A stretch of DNA of 15,261 nucleotides from Vulcanimicrobiaceae bacterium (GTDB lineage: Bacteria > Vulcanimicrobiota > Vulcanimicrobiia > Vulcanimicrobiales > Vulcanimicrobiaceae), in contig JBHEMM010000033.1 of NCBI GenBank assembly GCA_046262595.1, forward strand, positions 12,966 through 28,226, given 5' to 3'. The notes below the pieces were generated by a model that saw only the letters and a program-made list of their open reading frames with translations, searched no databases and was not told the origin of the DNA. This document shows positions 1-6,739 of the stretch, one piece after another. Numbering within the stretch: the first letter of the stretch is position 1; each line of letters opens with the position of its first letter. Position numbers and translations under genes: made by a program.

Positions 1-434
1 GGACGGGCGAGGGGGGGACCGGGGCGCGACCCCGGCGGCTCGGACGGCGCGCCGTCGGTCAAATACAGTTCGGCAGGCAACCCGATCCAGTACCCGCGCA
101 CCTCATCCGACCTCGACGCCGCACCCAAAAGCGGCGCGCCCCAGCGCCCGATCTCCGTGAGCACGGGGCGGAGCGCTTCGCCGCGACCGGTTAAGGCGTA
201 GAGCGTTGAGGCGACGGGCGGCGGGACATCGGTGCGGGTCAATAAACCGTCCGACTCTAGAGCGCGCAAGCGTTCGGCCAGCAGGTTGGAGGCGATGCCG
301 GGTAGGCCCGCCTTCAGATCGGTATAGCGCGCCTGCCCGCGGCTCATCAGTTCGCGCACGATGAGCAGCGTCCAGCGGTCGCCGATGACGTCGAGCGCTT
401 TGGCGACCGCGCAGAACTGGCCGTACGATTTCAT
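1..434 (-). CDS. HxlR-family winged-helix transcriptional regulator (3' end runs off the window)
   Basis: Not in the ORF track because it is open at the edge. Manual translation from ATG 434: MKSYGQFCAVAKALDVIGDRWTLLIVRELMSRGQARYTDLKAGLPGIASNLLAERLRALESDGLL...YALTGRGEALRPVLTEIGRWG, the HxlR pattern (C..A.ALD.IGDRWTLLIVREL, Y.LT..G..L). Confidence 0.93.
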   Translation of the reverse strand, partial: MKSYGQFCAVAKALDVIGDRWTLLIVRELMSRGQARYTDLKAGLPGIASNLLAERLRALESDGLLTRTDVPPPVASTLYALTGRGEALRPVLTEIGRWGAPLLGAASRSDEVRGYWIGLPAELYLTDGAPSEPPGSRPGPPLAR

Positions 435-440
435 GCATGC

Positions 441-469
441 AGTATGATGCTGGTTTAGGCTTTTGTCAA
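441..469 (-). promoter_or_regulatory. sigma70-type promoter for the HxlR gene, predicted leaderless transcript
   Basis: Minus strand TTGACA (469-464), 17-bp spacer, CATACT (446-441). The start ATG at 434 is 7 nt after the -10 and has no Shine-Dalgarno. Confidence 0.7.
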
Positions 470-474
470 ACTAC

Positions 475-502
475 TTGATTTTTTAAACCAACATGTTAGA
501 AT
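475..502 (+). promoter_or_regulatory. sigma70-type promoter for the SnoaL/VOC operon
   Basis: TTGATT (475-480), 16-bp spacer, extended -10 TGtTAGAAT (494-502). GGAGG RBS at 524-528 before TTG 536. Confidence 0.65.
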
Positions 503-535
503 GCACGAACGGACCCGACTTCTGGAGGAACGCTT

Positions 536-922
536 TTGCAAACAACATTTGACCGGAAAGCCGCCGCACTTCGCTACATCGCGGCGGCAGGCGACAAAGA
601 GTACGGCGTGCTTGACGGCCTGCTCGCGGATGATGTGACGTTCAAAGGGCCCTTTGCCGCGTTGCAATCCAAGCCCGCATTCATCGAGGCGCTCCGGCGC
701 ATGGCGCCCGTGTGGGAACGCAGCGAGATCCGCGCCGCATTCGCGGACGACGGCCAAGCGTGCGTACTGTATGACTTCGTTACGAACACGCAGGCAGGCT
801 CGGTGCCTTGCTTCGAGCTCATCGCCTTTAACGGCGAACGGATCCAAAGCGTCGAGCTGTTCTTCGACCGTAGCGCATTCGCGCCGGCCGCAGCCGCACT
901 CGCCGAGCGCGCCGCTCGATGA
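536..922 (+). CDS. SnoaL-like / NTF2-family protein
   Basis: 128 aa with the NTF2-like pattern (Y..A...K....L..LLADDV.F.GP; C.ELIAF.GERIQSVELFFD). TTG start with GGAGG RBS. Confidence 0.85.
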   Translation: MQTTFDRKAAALRYIAAAGDKEYGVLDGLLADDVTFKGPFAALQSKPAFIEALRRMAPVWERSEIRAAFADDGQACVLYDFVTNTQAGSVPCFELIAFNGERIQSVELFFDRSAFAPAAAALAERAAR

Positions 923-1296
923 TCTCCGGTCTGGGGGCGCGCGTACATCTGTTCGTGCGCCCCGCCGACCGCGAGGCGTTTATCGGTCTCTTTCACGAGG
1001 TGCTGCAGTGCACCGTTCGTGAATTAGAATTCGGATTGCCGCATCCCATTGTGCTGGTCTCTTTTCCGGACGGCAGCGCGTTGAGCGTCGAGTTTAACGC
1101 CGACACGCCAACGCAGCGCAGCACCCTGAGCGGAGCATGGATCGAATTCCGCACGGCGGATCCGCAAAACGTTCAGCGCAAGCTCCTCGATGCGGGCGTC
1201 GAGCACTTCTCACATCCCGCAAGCCCTCACCGGTATTTTCGCGCCCCGGGCGGTCAGGTGTTTCGCGTGTTAGACCTCAAGTACGCCGGGCCGTAG
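919..1296 (+). CDS. VOC/glyoxalase-like fold protein
   Basis: ATGA overlap with the upstream stop. VOC-like pattern F..VL.C / WIEFRTAD / L..AGV / YFRAPGGQVFRV. Confidence 0.7.
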   Translation: MISGLGARVHLFVRPADREAFIGLFHEVLQCTVRELEFGLPHPIVLVSFPDGSALSVEFNADTPTQRSTLSGAWIEFRTADPQNVQRKLLDAGVEHFSHPASPHRYFRAPGGQVFRVLDLKYAGP

Positions 1297-1303
1297 CCGA
1301 CGG

Positions 1304-2152
1304 CTAAAAAATGCGCACGGCAAGAATCGCGATGTCGTCTCGCAAGCGTCCGCCGGAAAAGGCCTTGACCTCGCTGAGGACGGCGTCGATGATTCCGCTC
1401 ATTGCCGTTGCAGTTTGAGCGGCGATCGTGACGGTCTTCACGAGCCGTTCCATTCCGAACAGTTCGCCGCCGGAATTGCGAGCTTCCGTCACGCCGTCTG
1501 TTGCCGCAACCAAGATCGTGCCCGGATCGACTTCTATATGACGCTGTTTGAAAAGATGATGCTGATCGTCGAACACGCCGATGAGCGGCGCGGTGGGGGG
1601 CAGTACTTCCACTTTTCGCCCGGGGCGGCACAACATCACGGGCTCGTGTCCTGCCGACGCGTAGCTGAGCGCGCGGCGATCCTGATCCACGATCGCCAGA
1701 AAAACGCTGGCAAAAGACTCCGTCCGCTCGAACGCATTGTTCTCAATGTACGCGCGGTCGAGCGAACGCAGAACGCGCTCGGCCGTCAGTCCCTCGGACA
1801 CATAGCAGCGCAAACCGTACTTCACGAGCGCCGCGTGAATCGCGGCGGTCGCGCCTTTACCGGAGATGTCCGCGATGGCCAGAGCGACATTGCCGTTATC
1901 GAAATGGTACACGTCCACGATGTCGCCGCCGATCGCGCCGTCGGCCAGTGCATAAGCGACGTCATACTCGACGCCGTCGATATGGTGGCGGGAACTCGCG
2001 AACAGATGCCGGATCAGCACCTCGGCCGATCGACGTTCTTCGGCGCTTAAGCGGTGATCGGCGGGGCTTTCACGCGCGGCCAGCTGCTGCGCAGGTGAGA
2101 GAGCCGGTTGCGTAACAAGCGGCTCAGGTAAAATACGGTGGTCGAACGACAT
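1304..2152 (-). CDS. PP2C-family (SpoIIE/RsbU-like) Ser/Thr phosphatase, catalytic domain only
   Basis: Motifs IGGDIVD, IADISGKG, YASAGHEP, TDGVTEARN, DDIAIL are all present. Confidence 0.92.
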   Translation of the reverse strand: MSFDHRILPEPLVTQPALSPAQQLAARESPADHRLSAEERRSAEVLIRHLFASSRHHIDGVEYDVAYALADGAIGGDIVDVYHFDNGNVALAIADISGKGATAAIHAALVKYGLRCYVSEGLTAERVLRSLDRAYIENNAFERTESFASVFLAIVDQDRRALSYASAGHEPVMLCRPGRKVEVLPPTAPLIGVFDDQHHLFKQRHIEVDPGTILVAATDGVTEARNSGGELFGMERLVKTVTIAAQTATAMSGIIDAVLSEVKAFSGGRLRDDIAILAVRIF

Positions 2153-2332
2153 CGAAAGCCGGCCTTTGTCGGAAAGGTTTTTCCGCCCGCGTCATACGAC
2201 GCGCGCGCGATCTGCAGCATTCGATTGCAGCGGCCGTTTACATTCTATTACGCGCTGCGTCGGCTACGATGGGGCAGCGAACCAACTATGCGCGCAGTCG
2301 CTGAGCCCCGTACACCGCCCTTTCCGCACGCA

Positions 2333-3019
2333 TTATGATATGTGCGCCGGTTGCAGGCCGCCTATAGCGGCATAACAAGGGCACGCACGGTTCTCCAGAC
2401 CGGTGCGGTCGAGAATGCGCACGTGTCCGCGCGTGTATTCGATGAGGCCGCGTTGCTGCAACGCGCTGGCGGCGAGCGACACAGTCGCACGCCGCACGCC
2501 CAGCATGTAGCTGATGGACTCTTGCGTCAAAGACATGTCCTGCCGCGCGATGCGGTCGTTCACCATGAGCAGCCAGCGTGCAAGGCGCTCGTCCATTGAG
2601 TGCAGCGCATTGCAAGCAGTCGTTTGCGCCACCAGTGCTAAAAACGCATCAACGTACTTCAACATGATGAAAAACAGCGGGCTTTGTGAAGCGATGACGT
2701 GCGTGCGCACGTGCTCGGCGCGCATGCGCATCGCCGCGCCCTCAACTTGCACGAGGACCGTCGCATTGCTCGCATCTGCCGTGAGAACGGTCGAGACGCC
2801 CACCATACCTTCACGCCCAATCATGCCCGCTTCGACCGTCGCGCCATCCGCTGTGTCAACGACCCTCGACGCGAGCGAATCCTCCGGAAACCAAACGTAT
2901 TCGACCGGCTTGCGCAGTTCGGCGATCAGGTTGCCCCGCAGCAGGTCGCACGGTTCCAAGAACGGTTCCAGATGGGTACGTTCTTCGGCCGGCAGTCCGG
3001 CCAGCAGCAAGTTTTCCAT
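2333..3019 (-). CDS. Crp/Fnr-family transcriptional regulator
   Basis: N.LLA.LP start, cNMP-like domain (VEAGMIGREGMVG), TACNALHS..ERLARWLL, HTH LTQE.ISYMLGVRRATVS, C-terminal LENRACPCY. Confidence 0.93.
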   Translation of the reverse strand: MENLLLAGLPAEERTHLEPFLEPCDLLRGNLIAELRKPVEYVWFPEDSLASRVVDTADGATVEAGMIGREGMVGVSTVLTADASNATVLVQVEGAAMRMRAEHVRTHVIASQSPLFFIMLKYVDAFLALVAQTTACNALHSMDERLARWLLMVNDRIARQDMSLTQESISYMLGVRRATVSLAASALQQRGLIEYTRGHVRILDRTGLENRACPCYAAIGGLQPAHIS

Positions 3020-3123
3020 GCCATGCCTTTGCAGGAGCGCCGGGTGATATATGCCGGATTCCGTACGGACGTCATACTTACAAAGAAATTATACTGTTCC
3101 TACCTCGTCTTTAGGAGTTCGCT

Positions 3124-3429
3124 TTGGGTCCTCTTCGTGTTCTGATCACGCCTGCCGGAAACGGCTTTATGGCCGAAAGCACAGAGGTCGGCCTAGTCGT
3201 GGGCGGGTCATCCGTGGAAGAAGCCGCCGAACAGGCCCGCTCGGTTGCGATGCAGCTGCTCGCCGACCATCTCAGGCAAGCCATTCCGGCGACGCTGATC
3301 GTACGCATTGAGACGCCCGGCAAACACGCATTTGTCATGCAGTCCACGCGAGTACCGTTCAATCTGGAGTCCGCCGGCGCCGCCGGCGGACTGTACTTCG
3401 ATTCCGACGGAAACACTGCGGCGAGCTGA
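3124..3429 (+). CDS. hypothetical protein with HicB/DUF1902-like N-terminus
   Basis: AGGAG RBS (3113-3117) before TTG and a TATACT -10-like box at 3090-3095. Sequence RVLITPAGNGFMAES..VGLVVGGSSVEEAAEQAR resembles the HicB beta-beta-beta-alpha fold. Confidence 0.55.
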   Translation: MGPLRVLITPAGNGFMAESTEVGLVVGGSSVEEAAEQARSVAMQLLADHLRQAIPATLIVRIETPGKHAFVMQSTRVPFNLESAGAAGGLYFDSDGNTAAS

Positions 3430-3598
3430 TGCTTCGTCATCGGAGCTGAATGGCCGAAACGCCCGCCGATTCAATGTCGCGCTTTGGCGCATCGAACGAC
3501 TTGCACGACGCCGGAACGTTCCTTACGGTACGGCGACCGTTTACGGACGGTTACCGACTTTACCGCTTCGCCTCGGGTGTCTCTCATTCAATAGCGAC

Positions 3599-3934
3599 AT
3601 GAGCGATTTGACATCGCGCTACTCCGGCTTCCTCGGCGGGATCGCTGCGATTTATGCGGATGACAAAGGGCTCAAAGCGCAACTGAAGGCGCTTGCGATC
3701 ACACGTGAAGACTGGGACGATGGGTTTAACGGCGGACATCTCCGATTCGAGACGCCGGTATGGGCCGACACGGTGCTTTACGATACGGTCGACGCGTTCG
3801 CGCATGATGCTGATGGCGCTCGGATTGAGGTCATTCTGCACTTTGTAGGCGGGCGGCTCAACTGGGGCGAGTGGTTCCGCTTTGATGGTGAGCCGATACG
3901 GCACTGGCCGCCAGCGCGGCTTTGGCGACCCTAA
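3599..3934 (+). CDS. hypothetical protein, DUF6984-like
   Basis: The probable start is ATG 3599 inside the longer 3308-3934 frame. C-terminal DADGARIEVILHFVGGRLNWGEWFRFDGEPIRHWP resembles the DUF6984 pattern (recalled, not searched). Confidence 0.55.
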   Translation: MSDLTSRYSGFLGGIAAIYADDKGLKAQLKALAITREDWDDGFNGGHLRFETPVWADTVLYDTVDAFAHDADGARIEVILHFVGGRLNWGEWFRFDGEPIRHWPPARLWRP

Positions 3935-4173
3935 CGCCGATTCACGGGTACCGACGGTGCAAAGCCTAAAACGAGAATTGCGCGGCCCTGCGCCTTGAAT
4001 TCGCTTGCTCAGCCGCCTCCGATGCGCCATTCACTGTTTTTGCGCTTGCGCGGAGCATCGGTTGAAATACCGCCTGCTTTCATCGGATTCTGACGCTATA
4101 CCGTCACAACGCTTCCGAGCATACCGTTTGTTGACCCGAACGCAATTCATCCCCGGGAAGGATCAACATTGTC

Positions 4174-4427
4174 ATGGTGAGCCTGTCGAACCGCGCCCGA
4201 GCATCGCGAGGCATCGCACTGGTTGCATTTGGCCTGATGGTCGTTCTGCTCGCGCCCAGCGTGTCGAAGGGCGCTACGTTGCGGAACACCCCCGCAGGAA
4301 GCGCTTTAACGCGTGGCTGAATGCGTTCAACAGTGAAAGCATCGCCACGATGAAAGCATATCTGAAGAAATACGAGCCGGCGAAAGTGAGTGCCGCGGCA
4401 GGCCAAGTCGCGTTCGGGCGACTTACC
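4174..4427 (+). pseudogene. frameshifted 5' fragment of a secreted protein (peptidase/serine-hydrolase-type N-terminal extension)
   Basis: The frame from ATG 4174 gives a signal peptide then NTPAG. A shift at about 4298-4300 continues KRFNAWLNAFNSESIATMKAYLKKYEP...FGRLT. The joined TPAG..F.AWL.AFNS pattern is typical of such N-termini, and similarity appears to stop at about 4427. Confidence 0.55.
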
Positions 4428-4695
4428 GCAGTTCGGTCATGGATTCGTTGCTTTTTGTCAGGTGCCACCGCCGAACTAAAGAACGGCGTCCCACGCAAAA
4501 ACGCCCCAACGATCTGCAATAACATCTGATCCATGCGCATCGCCATACGGCGCGCGTATCCCGGCCAAGACCGCTATTTCTTGTCGGATCCGTATAGCGA
4601 GAACGATTGACGCGCCAACGCCGCAGGCGTCAAACCGCGTGGGCGACTTCGAATTCCGCTCGGGTCACAATATCATCGCGTCGCGCGACGCGCTG

Positions 4696-4919
4696 CTAAT
4701 ACGTACCCATGCTGTTGACGATATTTGTCAACGTCGACTGATCGGCGCCGCGCATAGATACTTAGTAGTACGCCGAGCCGGAATGCCAGGTCATCGTTGA
4801 AACGAGCAATACGCTTTGCACATGCCGTTAACGAAGTATGCCGTAGCGCCGTTTGACAACGCCGTCGCCGTGCCGCTAAGGGGCAGAGCTGACGTCGAGC
4901 CAGTAACTTCACCGATGGA
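4696..4919 (-). pseudogene. degraded 3' fragment of a Cys-containing secreted-type hypothetical protein
   Basis: SIGEVTGSTSALPLSGTATALSNGATAYFVNGMCKAYCS, then a 1-nt frameshift at about 4800-4802, then STMTWHSGSAYY*(TAA 4764-4762)VSMRGADQSTLTNIVNSMGTY* (TAG 4698-4696). It reads as one coherent protein across both lesions. Confidence 0.55.
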
Positions 4920-5008
4920 TAAAGCGCGATGCACGCGCTTCTGCTTGTTTGCAAAAAGCAATAAGGCCGCAAGCATGCGTTGTCAAGACTCGAGCATGTT
5001 GCGCACCG

Positions 5009-5524
5009 TCAACCCGCAACGACGCGCTTTTCGTAGCGCCTCCGATGCAGGAGGCAAGCGCTAACCTTCCCGTTTACCCGGGCACGTAAAGCTTTTGGGG
5101 CAACACCTGTCGCCGTTGCGGTAGGAACTGCTTCTATCGCCGCGATAATTCCCTTCGCCTTCGCAAGTGAAGCAAACGCACGCTGATTGCAATGCCCGAA
5201 ATCAGCGGCATCTTCGTATAGCTCTTCAGAAAGGTCTAAGTCTTGAATTTTCGATTCTTCGTCACGTCGCGTAAACGTGCACCGATAAAATAAATCTGCC
5301 GCCGCAGTCAGCCGCCCCGCGCGCGTATCTAATGGCGCGTTGCGAGCACGCTCAATAATGGCCTGCTGCTCATCAGCGTTGGAGGCACACGACCGTGGGC
5401 CCGGGAAAGAAGGCCTCAACGGCGTGGCCGGTGCCTGGATGCCGCAGACCCCAATACTTAAAGCGGCATATGCTAACGTCACGATGGTTGTTATCCACGG
5501 CGGATGATGAACATGTGGCTGCAC
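5009..5524 (-). CDS. hypothetical exported/membrane-anchored helical protein (start uncertain)
   Basis: Long open frame (5009-5668) in the AT-richer zone. Hydrophobic segment WITTIVTLAYAALSIGVCG followed by an Ala-rich, probably helical, Cys-containing region. Confidence 0.4.
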   Translation of the reverse strand: MQPHVHHPPWITTIVTLAYAALSIGVCGIQAPATPLRPSFPGPRSCASNADEQQAIIERARNAPLDTRAGRLTAAADLFYRCTFTRRDEESKIQDLDLSEELYEDAADFGHCNQRAFASLAKAKGIIAAIEAVPTATATGVAPKALRARVNGKVSACLLHRRRYEKRVVAG

Positions 5525-5622
5525 AACACTCAAATGCGGTCGCTTTTCGGCATTTGATACCCGACTCTTGGAGCGTAAACGCTCTAAGGTTAGCACTCCG
5601 CCGTATGACCTAAGAGTGCACT

Positions 5623-5901
5623 TTACAGAGCGAGATAGTCGCCACTTGACTTGTCCGGGCGTGCGCACCGCTGAAGATCCACGAGAAACGTCGCCGTCAG
5701 CGACTTGTCGGTAGAAGCGCGGAACACGGGCGTGTCGGCGTGGTACGCATTATTTGTGTTATCGCTCTTGCCGTGCAGACAAAGCCCGACCAAATCGCCT
5801 GCGGTGGTGCACCGCGCTAAGCGGAGTGCCGCGATCTCTGTCTCGTTCGGTCGCGTCGCCGTTTCGTATGCACGGAGCTCCGGCGTGCTTTTGGATTCCA
5901 T
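5623..5901 (-). pseudogene. truncated tyrosine recombinase (N-terminal core-binding domain only)
   Basis: DLVGLCLHGKSDNTNNAYHADTPVFRASTDKSLTATFLVDLQ matches the N-terminus of Xer-like integrases (L..LWLHG.S..T..AY..D...F....K.L......DLQ). Similarity ends at about 5668, and no catalytic R/HxxR/Y region follows. Confidence 0.7.
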
Positions 5902-5903
5902 AC

Positions 5904-5934
5904 GAGTTAATATACCCGGCGGTTATCTTAACTC
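5904..5934. repeat. imperfect palindrome, candidate tyrosine-recombinase core site
   Basis: GAGTTAATATACCC-GGC-GGTTATCTTAACTC with 12/14 arm symmetry. It can be read as 11-7-11 (AGTTAATATAC ccggcgg TTATCTTAACT) and lies 2 bp before the integrase ATG. Confidence 0.55.
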
Positions 5935-6130
5935 CTCGACCGCGCGATGTATCTCTTCGGATTTCGCGTTTCGCGAACGCGGCGGCTCCGGCAGTTTCTT
6001 CAGGTCCCGTTACCTAGTGCGACTCCGCGGCGTGGTGCCTCCATGTCGCAAAGTTTCATGGGCCTGAGCGGCTCCCGCTCAGGTACTACGGCAAGATATG
6101 CCCCTCGCGCGCGCGTGACGCAAGCGCGAA

Positions 6131-6211
6131 TTAAAAAAGTAAACGCCGGTTCCAAAATCCAATTCGCATTATAAAAATGAACGTGCAAAGTGGATTTTTG
6201 GAACACAGCGT
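6131..6211 (-). terminator. long hairpin plus U-rich tract after the tmRNA (likely intrinsic terminator)
   Basis: Minus strand ACGCTGTGTTCCAAAAATCCACTTTGCA pairs imperfectly with TGCGAATTGGATTTTGGAACCGGCGT (6211-6143), followed by TTACTTTTTTAA. Confidence 0.55.
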
Positions 6212-6216
6212 AAAAT

Positions 6217-6569
6217 TGGTGGAGCTGTCGGGGTGCTGCCCCCCGAGTCCGAAAAGCCGGACCAAAGCTTTCTCCAGGCTCAGCTTCGAATTTGTCTTAG
6301 TCGAACGCACGTCCCGAAGCCGGACTTATCGTTCGCAGCAGATTCTTTGTCTCGTACGCGCTTCAAATCACATTCGCGTACCAGCCCGAATTTTTGACCG
6401 GTAAGCGAGACGGTACGGGCACCTCTCACGACCGGTGGCTAACTTAGATTAAGCAGCCAGTGCGTATTCGTTGTTTGCGTGTAAACGCTTTGCGATCGTT
6501 TTAGGAGAGCTCGCAACTCCGCCTGCTTACCGTGACCGCGGATCTTTCCGTCGAACCTATTTCAGCCCC
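6217..6569 (-). ncRNA. ssrA: tmRNA (one-piece, 353 nt), tag peptide (A)ANNEYALAA
   Basis: 5' GGGGCTGAAATAGGTTCGAC and 3' GGAC...CAGCTCCACCA. The acceptor stem GGGGCUG/CAGCUCC has G3.U70, discriminator A and encoded CCA. Tag frame GCA AAC AAC GAA TAC GCA CTG GCT GCT TAA at 6478-6449. Confidence 0.97.
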
Positions 6570-6589
6570 GCGTTTGAGTGTCGCTATGC

Positions 6590-6598
6590 AGTATAACA
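6590..6598 (-). promoter_or_regulatory. extended -10 promoter of ssrA
   Basis: Minus strand TGtTATACT, 20 nt upstream of the mature 5' end, which leaves a short RNase P leader. Confidence 0.65.
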
Positions 6599-6739
6599 CG
6601 GTTGCCTGGTATTTGGTTCCGGCGGCGCTTCGACGGGGCCGGCACGATCATCGGAAGACGCGTGGGCCGAAAGAACGTGGGGAAGCGCAGCGTGGACGGG
6701 TATACGATGGGAGAGCCCACGAATCCGGAGGAAGCAATC

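Noticed and set aside
103..438. 111-aa minus-strand ORF in the track
   Set aside because: It is an alternate frame of the HxlR gene, which starts at 434.
3441..3449. GGAGCTG as a possible att direct repeat of the tmRNA 3' end
   Set aside because: Only 7 nt match and the flanks differ, which is expected by chance.
5936..6008. Possible hammerhead ribozyme on the minus strand (CTGAAGA ... CGAAAC)
   Set aside because: Stem II does not close properly and the required UH cleavage site after stem III reads CG. Likely a chance match.
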